From Reclinomonas americana ATCC 50394 (taxonomy: Eukaryota): a DNA stretch of 37,684 bases. The DNA lies in NCBI GenBank assembly GCA_048213135.1, contig PS015097.1, positions 424,724-462,407 on the forward strand, written 5' to 3'. Below the pieces are notes generated by a model. The model had not been told where the DNA came from. It did not search any database and saw only the letters and a program-made list of their open reading frames with translations. The translations under genes and the position numbers were made by a program. Shown in pieces: positions 10,776 through 22,102 of the stretch (the stretch's first letter is position 1; each line of letters starts with the position of its first letter).

Positions 10776-13007
10776 TTATCGGAGGGCGCGTGGACCGAGT
10801 ACTTGACGACGCTCGCCATCGCGGATGGTGCCACCGAGCAGCTGGTTGTCTGTGAGGAGGAGAGTTGATTCGGAATTGGTTGTAGTCTGCGCGCAGCGTG
10901 GTGGTGGATGGACGCAACTGACATTCTCGGGCTCGACATTAGCACCGGCAGTGCGTGGAGGTGGTCGCGATGGCGCAGCTTCGCGTGGTTTGCTGAGCGC
11001 GAATGGCGAATCCTGTTCGCGTTTGGCGGCGCCCAGATCGACACCTGTATCCTCGGTCGACACACCGCCCGTGGTTTGCTGCTGCTGCTGCTGTTCCTCC
11101 AGCAAGTGCGCGGCGGTGACGATCTCGAGGATGCGCTCGCTCACGTCCTCGTCGCCGGGACGAATGGTGTGGTGGCGCGGCAAGTCATCATCTGCACACT
11201 ATGTTGTGAGCACTTAAGACAAGCCAAGGAAAGCACTCCAGCAAAACGCAACAAGCGACACGAGTAAGCTCTGTGCGCGGCACGCGGTTGACCACACCCT
11301 GTACTGCCTGGAAGAACTCGCCACTCGACTCCTCCTCGGCCTCGGCAGGAAGCACTGCGTCGCAGGTCAGACACGAGACAACAACAAAGAGACACGAAAG
11401 AGGGTCAACCAGACCAGACTCAATATCGAGCTCTCGCAGACGTGGCCAGGCGGTCACACGTGAGGCCAGTTCCTCCAGTCCGCTCAGGCCAATGACGTTG
11501 TCTGCGCACGAACACCAACTATTAAAAACATTGTGTAGGCTACATGACTTGTCAGCCAGCAGTGCGCAACTGGCCAAGTTGAGCACACGCAAGCCTGGCG
11601 CCTTGACCAGGGCGCGTACAACCGAGGTGACGCCCTCGGCCGTCAGGTGGCATGCCGACAGTCCCAACACCGAAAGTCGTCCATTGGCGGCGATCTTGCT
11701 CACCAGGTGCGACAGCTGCCGCACGGCATCGTGGCTATCGCCAATCGGTGTCTCTGCAATCGTGGGCGGTGCGCTGTCAGTTATCGTGATACGCGGTGTT
11801 CCCATTGTTCACACCACAAACCATCCAATCGCAGCTCCTCCAGGTTCACGGCATACTTCTCCAGCGTCTCGAACAGCTCCACAAAACCGCCGAGCTCCGG
11901 ATCGGTCTCGTCGGTAATGTCGGCACCCACCGCCTGCTCGCCGTTCATCGTCAGCACCGCAACAGAGGACAAGGCACGGGGGAGAGACAGAGCAAAGAAC
12001 CTTGAGTTCCACGCGTCGCAAGTGCGGCCAGTGTGGCACGGCATGCGCAAGAGTGGCCATACCGTCGGCGCCCACCGGATTCTCTGCGCGCACGTACGGT
12101 GAGCTGCTTCACAGAGGAAAAACACTGCTTGGTTCCACACACCCCTCCTCACCCTCAATGACCAGCGTCTCCACATGCTGCGCCTCGCCGAGGGCAGCCA
12201 CCAGGAACTTGGTGGCATCGGCATTCAGCGCGTTCCCGGCACCAATGGTCACGCCCTTCAACGCCGGCCACGTCGCCGTCACCGTGCCCAACCGACCCCA
12301 CTCGGTCCACGCCGGTCGCGCCCGTGCCGACACCTCAAGCCACTCCAGCGCCGGTGCCTTGGCCAGCGTGCTCACATCCAACGACGCCGCCGACGTGCGA
12401 GACAACAGACACGCCACGTCGGTGCGTTCCCACGACTGCCGACGCGCCCGCGCACTCGGCCACGCCAACACCGCGTCAGCATAGACCGCCACTCGCCGCG
12501 CCTCGCTCAGCTGGAACGAGCACACGTGCAGTGACAGACTGACTCCGCCCTGCAACTCCACAGCGATCTTCGGAGGAACTGTGCCGATGGCATCATCGTC
12601 GTCGTCGTCGCTGACAAGAGGAAGCTCTCTGATGGGGAACGAGTCATCATCATCATCATCATCAACGCGATCAACATCACTGTTGTTGCTGTTGTCATAG
12701 TCATAGTCGCTCACTGGCCACATGACCGATTCGATCGGCTCCAAAGGCGCGACGAAGAACGACTCAAACGCATTCATCTCCCCATTGTGAACATCGCTGA
12801 GGATGGTGTCCCATGCGTCGTTCTCACTGTTGTTGTTGTTGCTGATCGGGTCGGAGTCGCTCACATCCTCGTCGTTTGCACTGTGAACACGTGTCAGTCA
12901 TTGTGCGGGAAGATGAGGAGACAGACAAGACGCAACACGACGGTGATCGCGAACAGGAGGGAGACGACGACGAGGAGGAGAAGAAAGGGGGCGAGGAGCG
13001 CTCGCAT
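10776..13007 (-). CDS. Signal-peptide-bearing leucine-rich-repeat protein (RNase-inhibitor-like LRRs) with an acidic N-terminal region; about 9 exons
   Basis: Exon 1 encodes MRALLAPFLLLLVVVSLLFAITVV, joined in frame via GT|GTTGCG…ACAG|T to ANDEDVSDSD…. LRRs include WPALKGVTIGAGNALNADAT, VETLVIEENPVGADGMATLA, WPHLRRVELK, LEELRLDETPIGDS, LSVLGLSACHLTAEGVTSVV, LRVLNLANNVIGLSGLEELA and WPRLRELDI. Stop TAA at 10776. Confidence 0.8.
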
Positions 13008-13074
13008 GATATCGCCTCAAGTTCGTTGGTTGATGGTTCACGGGACAGGTTTACTACTTCGCGATCGAGCTCGA

Positions 13075-16000
13075 CTATCTGTGCGCCTGCGCTTGCTTGC
13101 GAAGTACCTGTGCTACACGCTGGTGGTTCCTGGATTCTGCCAGCTGCAGCGCCGTCATGCCGTCCTTGTCGGTCATGCTGAGCAGCGATTCCGGTTGTCG
13201 CGCCAACAAGCAAATCATGTCCACGGATTCGGGACTGCCGCGGAGAACGGCTTCGTGCAGCGGCGTGCGGCCGGCGGCATTGCGCACCGACACTGCTTCG
13301 TCGCTGATACCACGCCGTTCGAGCTCGCCGCAAAGCCATCGCACGACTTCGCGACAGGACACGGCCAGGTGCAAGCACGTGCTGCCGTCTTCATCGCGCT
13401 CCGTCAGCGCCTCGGCGGCTGCCTCGGCGGCCAGGAAGCGTGCAGTGCCTTCGTGTCCGCCCATGCATGCCATGGCGAGTGGCGATCGACCGTGACAGTC
13501 GCGCACGGCGAGCAGTGTCGGCATTTGCCGCACGATCCACGACACCAGCGATTGGTGGCCATTGAGAGCGGCGTAGTGCAGTCCCGTGGAGCCGTCCTTG
13601 GCGGTGAGTGCCAGTAGCGACGGATCGCGCAAGGCCAGTGAGCGAGCAAGCTGTGTGGTGAGAAGAGAAAAGGAGAGGATCTGAGATTGGTGATGCACAC
13701 TGGATGACAGAATGGCGCACGGAACCTCTTCAAATCCGTGCAGACAGTTCCGGTGAAAGTGCTGCGTTCAACAATCGATTGAGGATCCTGGAGAGCAGTG
13801 GGTACAGACACAGACACAGACACAGGCCGTACCGTGCGTCCCAGTGGATCCACGTCGCGGAGTTGATTCGGCCGCATTGTAGAGAGCCACTCTGCCAGTT
13901 CACTCTGCCACAGCGACACACCATCAATGGGGCATCACCACCACCACCGCTTCCATGATAATGCCCACTCACCTGTCCGACGGCATAATACAGCGGTGCG
14001 CGCCCGAATCGATCTCTCATTTCCACCAAATCCGGCAACTTCTCCACCAGCCACCGGCACAGCTCCACCGAGCTGCCGACATGGGCTGCCGTGTGCAGCA
14101 CCGTGCGTCCCTGCCGGTCACGCATCGACAGCAGCGCCGGCAATTCGTTCGCTAATGACTCGATCAGTCGCCGAGGAGCGCCGTCACGAATGGCCACATG
14201 CAGTGGCGTCTGTCCGGATCGACTTACGCTCTGCGCGTGGCGCCTGTCAGTGCGCAATACCTTGTGCGACAAACGGATGGAGAGAGGTACGCACCAAGAT
14301 CAGCCGCTCGCCACCAACATCGGTCAACCATCGCATCATGGCCTCGTCGCCCGTGCGCGCCGCCACGTGTGCCAGCGTGAAACTGTTGTCCTCGCGCAGC
14401 AAGATCGCCTCTGGCCACAACTCGATAGCCACCTGCAGACACCGCAAGTGACCGAGACGTGCGAGTGCATGAACCACCGTGCATTGCCGCTCTGCCGGTG
14501 TGCGCAGCAGCAGTGGTTGCACGAATGCCGGCCGGTCACGCTCAATATCGCCCCACCCGTCGAACGTGGCCAGCGCATGCGGTGCCAGGTCGCCCAGCCA
14601 CGCCACATACGCCTGGTACCGCACATCGTCGGGCCGATCACACCACGGCTGGATGCGCAGTATGAGGGACGCGACAGCCTTGTGTGCCAGTGATGCGTCT
14701 TTGGCTGCGCACGACGGTGCATGAGACGGGGGACGAGAGGAAGGAAGAAGAGCATTGCGTGAACCATACCAGTTGGATGCTCGCCCGCCAGGTCCGACAG
14801 CCACGACAGCGGTTTGAGAATGGCCGCGATAGCAGCCTGCACTGTCGCACGCGGCGCACCGCGCGTCTGCAACGCGTCCGCCAACATCGATGCCGCCAGG
14901 AACACCAGCTCGTCCAGAGTGCGGTCGTGTGGAGCATCCGCATACACCCCCATCTGACCAAATACGGCTCCCGCGCGACACGCAATCACCTGACTCAGCA
15001 GCTGGAACGGTGTCGGCATGGAGGTGAGCTGTCGCAGCTCCTGTGGTGCAGCAGAAGTAGCATGCAGTTAGTTTGTGAGCGGATTCACTCAACTGGAAGC
15101 ACATGGCACGCAACAGGCACTGAATCCCACAAGGCGCACAACTGGTACCACATGGCCCAGGCGAGTGCCTCCAGCACGTCAACAGACCGCGCAGCACAGC
15201 GGTAGCTCACATTTTCTGACGACATGAGCCACTCGGGAAGCGAGCGATGAAAGAACTCGTATGTCGGCGAGGCCGACTGTCGTGTCTGTGCCACCTTGAG
15301 CCACGGTTCGAGTGCTGCCGCGGTGAGAGGACGATGAGCATCGCTGCAAGTGAGTGCCTACAGCTTGTGGCGAAACGCAACAGCTCAACAGGCGATCAAA
15401 ATCGGCGGCCGAGGTGGTCGGCCGCAAGTATCGCATCACATCGTACAATTCGCGGTGCGACAGTGGAGTGGGGGTGCACAACACGGCTTCGAGTATCGGG
15501 CGCACGTCATCAAAGGGAATGCGCGTGTCACCTGGGACTATACCCGTCATTCCGGTCATTCCAGGCAGCAGACTCGCCGTCATTGTCGACCGCGTGTCGC
15601 CGACTGCCGAAGATGGTCGCTGTCGGAGGGGCGGGAATGTCAGCCACAGCGACACAAGACATGTGGCGGTAATTGCACGCAACAGATCCGGTCTCGGCGT
15701 TTGTTTTCACGGCCTCGTTGACAATGCGTCGGCAGGCTGCAACTCGGCACATGAGACTCTTTACGTGCGACGTGTCAACAGGTGAAACACAGACACTTGC
15801 CATTGATTTCGCCACGCTTGAACGACAAATGCTCGGTGAGCCAGGCAATGAAATCAGCGCGCACTTCTGCATCCTCCAGATCCAGTGGTCTGCACAGTAC
15901 TCAGTTTTTGTAGGAAGGAGAGAGTGCGCAACAAACAAGGCCAGCGCACCTCCATCCCTCTTCTTGCATGGCCACACGGAGCTGCTCGCATCGCTCGGCA

Positions 16001-19000
16001 GGCAGTGCCTCTGCATGCGCCGCCACGAACGTGTCGATTGACTGCAGTACGGATACCCCTCGGCCAGCAGCAGTACCAGCAGAGGCCATGCTTCCAGTCG
16101 CGGCGAGACGTGCCGAGGGTGGCGACGAAAGCGATGCACTGCCGTATCCACTCGGCGAATACACGCGCTCGAACGAGTGCATGTAGATGCTGCGAGACGA
16201 CAGGAATTGAGCCGCGATGGTCTCCTAGTGAATGAGTGTGCACACACACCACAGACCCCTTCAAGCCGCGAGGCAGTGCGCGCAGCGAGGCGAGATCGGC
16301 AAACTCGCCGGCGTGAATCCCGCGAATGTATTCGCGCGTACACAAGAAATTCCACTCGCTCTGCTCACACAACTGCGTGGCGGCATCCTCCAGCGTGCCG
16401 TCTGCCTACTCCCACCAGGCGACACAAATGAGTGCGAATGCAATGAAGGGAACATGCAACAGTCACACGAACCGGTGTCGATCGGTCCAAAAACATTCGC
16501 ATCCTCTCCTCCGAGCCCTCGCGCACCACGTGCGCCAGCAGGTCATGTCGACTCTCCTCGCGTTGCAGATTGACTTGGTAAGGAATGTAGAGGCGCGAGT
16601 GCACGGTCCGTCGGTCACGAGTGGTGCACACGATGCGCATCCACGACGGCAACTCGTCGGCACTGCAATCCGCACACACGTTGGCCACTGACACTGTTCA
16701 TCTGCCCTCCTCTGTCGTCGCCACCACCCACCTTTCTCGCAACAAATCCAAAATCGTGTCCCTCGCCCCCACATCGTCGCCCACCAGCTCGTCAAGCGCA
16801 TCGACAACAATCAGCCGACTGCTGTCGCCCTCGGCAGGCAAATCATCTAACCGCGCCAAACTGCGAAGCGGCAGCAACACTCCGCGTCGCCATGCATGCT
16901 CGTAGCCACTGCCACCCTCCGCATTCATGAGAGCCGTGCGCGCATCGGCGTCAGTGCGCAGCACTGTGGTGTGTCACGAATGAGACACCGCTCACTGTGA
17001 TGTCGCTTGCGGCTGCTCTCACCGTCACGATACTCGGGCATGGTGCGGCACAGCATTCCCGCAATGCTCCGCACAAATGCCGAAGTCTGGTTCACAGATG
17101 GAGGAGAGAGATATCAGAGTGATGTATGCAGAGTGAGACAGTCGAGGTGACGCAACGTCACGCAGTTTCGGATGCTGTGCCTTGCCCATGTGAAACGCAA
17201 TGACACGCGCACGACACCTTCCCAATGCCGTGGAGAACACGCTCCACGTCGACAACTCGCGAAGATCCTCCATCTGTTCATGCAGGGACAACAGAGTGTG
17301 TCAGAGAGACTCATATGGAACCGCGTTGTTGGTGTCGACAAAACTCCACGCTCAAAGCCAGTCCAAATACTGCGGCGTCCCACAATGGCGGCCACCACGG
17401 CCGTCTTACCAATGCCAGGATCACCGAGCAGCATCATGATTCGCTCTCCCTGCGCGGCAAGATGAGCGCAACAGGGATGGTGGCGCACCATTCTGTTCAC
17501 AGCTCACCGGTCGGCGTGGAGTGGCACAAAACTGATCAATCATATCAAACAGCCAGTCGCGGCCGACAAAACTCTCTGCCATGTCTTCTAGTGCACCCAA
17601 ATAGTCGAAGCATGCTGACGGCAAGTGGGTGTGCATCTAGAGTGCGGCGCACAGCACGTGTCAACCATGCATCGGGACGGAGACGGGTGATGGAAAACAA
17701 CAAAAAACGCACAAATCTGGCCATGGCGTCCTCTGTTAATTGTGAATCGGTGCCCGACGCTGCGCCCCATGCCTCGCCACTGCCACCGCCCGCTGAGCTT
17801 CGAGAGGGTGGTGTACTGGGTGGTGACTGCCCGCGCAATAGTAATGAGAGTGAGCGACCGCATGACAACTCAAAGAGAAACAATGCTCACCGGTAATCTG
17901 GGAATGGCCGATCGCTGTCGATTGGTGATGAACTGATGACTGAGGAGCTCGGCTGCCGTTGGTCGTTCCGCAGGGTTGCGTCGGAAGCACTGCAGTAAAC
18001 CTCAGTCATTGTGTGCTTGCGCGTGCACGAATACATGGATGCGCACGCACCAGCTGGAGAAAGTCGCGAACTTCTGGCGACACTTGGAAGGGGATGTCAG
18101 GAGTCTTGCCACCCTGCGTCACCTGGTACCAGATGGCCAGCGAATTGCTGCGATCGGCAAAAGGCACTGCGCGGTAGCAGCAATGTTACGAAGGAGCATC
18201 TGTAATTCCACACGCGGTAACGGCACGCAACTCTCGCCAGTCACCAACTCTAGCACGGTTGCACCCAGTGACCTGCATGACGACGGCGCAATAAGAGTCT
18301 CGCTCTCTCTTTCCCCTCTCACTTCGGCGACTCCCATACCAAATGTCGGCCTTGACAGTGTATCCGTTGCCGGGCGTGAGGACCTCTGTGATGATTGATT
18401 GGAGGTGAGCAGCGACGGTTGCACTTTTTCCTTCTAGTGAAGCAAACCTGGCGCCGCATAGGCGACAGTGCCCTTGCCGAGAGTGTTGGCCATCTGCGAC
18501 GCTCCCAGCACCTTGGAGCATCCGAAATCTGTATCAAGCACAGCGTAAGCACAAGACGGAGAGATAAACACAAGAGCAGTGCACCACGAACCACCGAGTT
18601 TCACCACACTGCCCTCGGGTGTGTGTGCAATCAGCACATTCTTTGGTTTCAAGTCGCCTGAAAGCAGAGATGAGAAGATGAGGGAAGGGAAGAGAGGGAA
18701 AGGGAAGAGAGGGAAAGGGAAGAGAGAGGAGAGTAGAGAGAGAGAGAGAGTTAGAGGAGAGGAGATGAGCACGAGAAGAGAAGCAAGGACGAGAGGAATG
18801 AGAGAGGCAAGACAAGAGAGACAAGGCCGAGAAAGAAGAGAGACAAGAGACGAGGGAAATGACAGAAATAAAAGAGAGGAGACAGACAAGAGAAGACCAC
18901 GAAGAGCAGACGCGTAGAGGAGACAAGAAACGCAAAGAGAAGAGAAAGGACAAGTGAGAATACCGCGACTGAGAACAGATACCAGGCAAGCGTGAAGAGA

Positions 19001-20634
19001 GAGAAAGAGAGAAACCAGCGAAACGCAACGATGAATAACGCCATTCTCATGCAAATACCGCAGGCCCTCGAGGATCTGCGCCGTGTACACCGCCACAATC
19101 TGCTCATTCATCGTGAACGATCGCTGGNNNNNNNNNNNNNNNNNNNNNNNNNNNNNNNNNNNNNNNNNNNNNNNNNNNNNNNNNNNNNNNNNNNNNNNNN
19201 NNNNNNNNNNNNNNNNNNNNNNNNNNNNNNNNNNNNNNNNNNNNNNNNNNNNNNNNNNNNNNNNNNNNNNNNNNNNNNNNNNNNNNNNNNNNNNNNNNNN
19301 NNNNNNNNNNNNNNNNNNNNNNNNNNNNNNNNNNNNNNNNNNNNNNNNNNNNNNNNNNNNNNNNNNNNNNNNNNNNNNNNNNNNNNNNNNNNNNNNNNNN
19401 NNNNNNNNNNNNNNNNNNNNNNNNNNNNNNNNNNNNNNNNNNNNNNNNNNNNNNNNNNNNNNNNNNNNNNNNNNNNNNNNNNNNNNNNNNNNNNNNNNNN
19501 NNNNNNNNNNNNNNNNNNNNNNNNNNNNNNNNNNNNNNNNNNNNNNNNNNNNNNNNNNNNNNNNNNNNNNNNNNNNNNNNNNNNNNNNNNNNNNNNNNNN
19601 NNNNNNNNNNNNNNNNNNNNNNNNNNNNNNNNNNNNNNNNNNNNNNNNNNNNNNNNNNNNNNNNTGATCCGACAGCGAACCGCCATTGCACAACTCCATG
19701 CCTACATCCCCACACAAATGAGCGCACAGATAGCAGAAGAATAAGAAGAGGATAATGATGAGAGGAAGAAGAGGAGAAGAAGAAGAAGAAGGAAGAAGAA
19801 GAAGAAGACCAACAACAAGAACAACAAGAACATGAAGAAGAACTGGAAGAAGGAGACGGAGGAGAGGAAGAAGAAGAACAACAAGAACAACAAGAACAAG
19901 AAGGAGGAGGAGAAGAAGAAGAAGAACAAGAAGAACAACAAGAAGAAAAGGAAGAACAAGAACAAGAACAAGAAGAACCAGAAGAACAACACCAACAAAG
20001 AGGACTGACATGACAAACCAATGAGAATAGAGTCGGGCTCACGTCGCACACCGACCAACTTGACGATATTCGGATGCATCAATTGCCGCAACAATGAAAT
20101 CTCCTCTGCAATCGCATTCATCGATGCCGCCTGGGTGAGCACAGAGAGTGAGAGGAGAGTGTGGGAGGTTTATGTGTGCAAGTATCATCATGTCACGAGT
20201 AACGTTTTGCACAGCTAATCGTTTCACAGCAATGATATCGCCTGCGCGGTCGCCGGAGATGACCATTGCGCGGAACACATCGCCTTTTGTGTGAGAGAAG
20301 AGCGAAAGAGAGAGTTAGAGAGCGAGGAAAAGAGTCATCAATCAGAGAGTGTGCGCACCGAAAGCTCCGCGTCCAAGACGATCCTTGACTGTGCGTGTGC
20401 GTGTGTGTGAGAAGAGAGAGCACAAGGAGAGAGAGAGAGAGAGTGAGTGCGAGGTCACGCGACGTTTTCCCCGATTTCTTTCGCGTAACTTTCCAGTTGC
20501 AAGTCGCCGGACTCACGCACTGTGGCGTCGAGCATTGCTGCGCCATCAGTGACACTGCTGTCTCCCATTGCTTTGCACAGAGACGGAAAACAATGATGTC
20601 CCAGTGTCCTTCGAAGGTGTTTCCCATCAATCAT
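13075..20634 (-). CDS. Multidomain Ser/Thr kinase (STE11/MAP3K-like) + STAND P-loop NTPase (NACHT/NPHP3-N/TANC-like) + winged helix + ~11 ankyrin repeats; ~30 exons, roughly 1,400-1,500 aa
   Basis: Kinase motifs: LGRGAFGDVF, IIAVK, EEISLLRQLMHPNIVKL, IHRDLKPKN, KLGDFG, GTVAYAAPE, ADIWSLG, RPTAAELL. In-frame phase-0 joins lead to FVGRDWLF, Walker A GDPGIGKT (17402-17425), Walker B LIVVDALDE (16788-16814), LPSWMRIVCTTR, LPRGLKGIY and FFHRSLPEWL, then ankyrins (TPLHVA, TVLHTAA, TGLHYAA, TPLHEAV…) to TAG at 13075. The start is ambiguous (ATG at 20634, 20627 or 20568), and a few kinase codons lie in the 19128-19664 gap. Confidence 0.88.
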
Positions 20635-20662
20635 TGTTGCTGCTGAGAGAAGCGCGCGCACA

Positions 20663-22024
20663 ATGCAAGTTGACTCTTCCGCATTTGAGCTTTCCTCTCG
20701 CCTGCTCAGCGAGTTTGCAGTGGGCGCAGTCTTCAAAGACCATGTGAGTGGGCATGCCTCGCTCTCTCTCACTCTCTGTGTCACTCACTCACTTTCAACA
20801 TGTGAGAGAGTGCAGAGTGCACCAGTGAACTCTGTGGACTTTTCGCGCGATGGATCGTGGTTGGTCACAGCAGGCGACGATCGAAGTGTGCGATTGTATC
20901 GCTGTGAGAATGCATCGTTGCGTTGTCTCTCTCTCACACACTCTCACACAAACTCATTGTGTCTGTCTGCACGCTCACCTCTGTGGCAGACTGGAAAAAA
21001 CCTCTCTGTGTCAAAAGTTCGGCTGTGAACACGTGCGATTCACACATCATCCGCAGAATGTCATTCATGCAAGCAGCAATGCGTGGGATCGTTGCGCGCA
21101 CACACACTCACTCACACGCCCACTCACTACTCTGTCTGACACAAGCGCGTGCAGACAGCATACGATACCTCAGTCTGTACGACAATGTCTACTTGAGATA
21201 CTTTCGGTGCGGCTTCTTGCTGCTGCACGCAGACAGCTCCGCCACTACACTCAGTGAGTGCTGACTGGTATTGTCGCAGTGGGCATCGCGATCGAGTCAC
21301 CAGCTTGGCCATGTCGCCGAAAGACGACACGTTCTTCTCTGCAGCGCGCGATCATACGGTGCTCATGTGGGATCTGCGGCAGTCCAAGTGCCAGGGCAGG
21401 ATTAACTTGACATCGTCGTACAATGTGGTGGGCTTTGATCCGACGGGCGAGGTGTTGGGTGTGGCGTCGTCGTCGTCGAATGCGTTGCGGTTATACGATG
21501 CGGCCAACATGAGCAGTGGGCCATTCGAGGTGGTGAACGTGGAGTGCCCCTCGGTCGAGTTCACGCACGTCAAGTTCTCCAACAATGGCAAGCTGATCAT
21601 GCTGGTCACCAATCAGTCGCTCATTATCATTCTCGATGCGTTTGAGTATCACAAGGTGCATCGAACCACCCCTGCTCGATCACCTCTCTTGTGCTTACTG
21701 CTCGTGCACGCGCAGCTGGCCGAGATCACCGACTACAGCAACCTGCAGAGTCTGGAGCTGGAGGCCTCGTTCACCCCGGACTCACGATACGTGCTCGTGG
21801 GCTCCGACGACGGTGCCGTGCGTGTCTTTGACGTGTCCGAGTGCTGCGCCGCCGCCGGCACCGAACGAGAAGGCCATGCACCTCCCATACTCTCGCCTTC
21901 GCTGGTCGCCACCTGGCAGGTGCACGCTGGACCCGTGCGCGCAGTCAAGTTCTCGCCGACGCACTTGCTGGCGGCCAGTGCGTGTCAGAATGTGGCCATG
22001 TGGATCCCCTCGTCAGCACTGTGA
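20663..22024 (+). CDS. WDR82: WD40 protein Swd2/WDR82 (COMPASS and PNUTS/CPF subunit); 6 exons
   Basis: Spliced product includes [101 protein letters not shown] and LEASFTPDSRYVLVGSDDG, all characteristic of Swd2/WDR82. Confidence 0.95.
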
Positions 22025-22102
22025 GTGGTGTATGTGTGTGTGTGGCAAAGAATGAACGGCGTCAAGTGTCCTGCGAGTTGTCACACTCTTTCGTTTTTGT
22101 CG

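Noticed and set aside
12886-13110. Possible splice fusion of the kinase-STAND-ankyrin ORF to the LRR gene, turning the signal peptide into a TM segment
   Set aside because: The one good donor (CAG|GTACTT, phase 0) is out of phase with both available acceptors, and TAG stops follow in frame.
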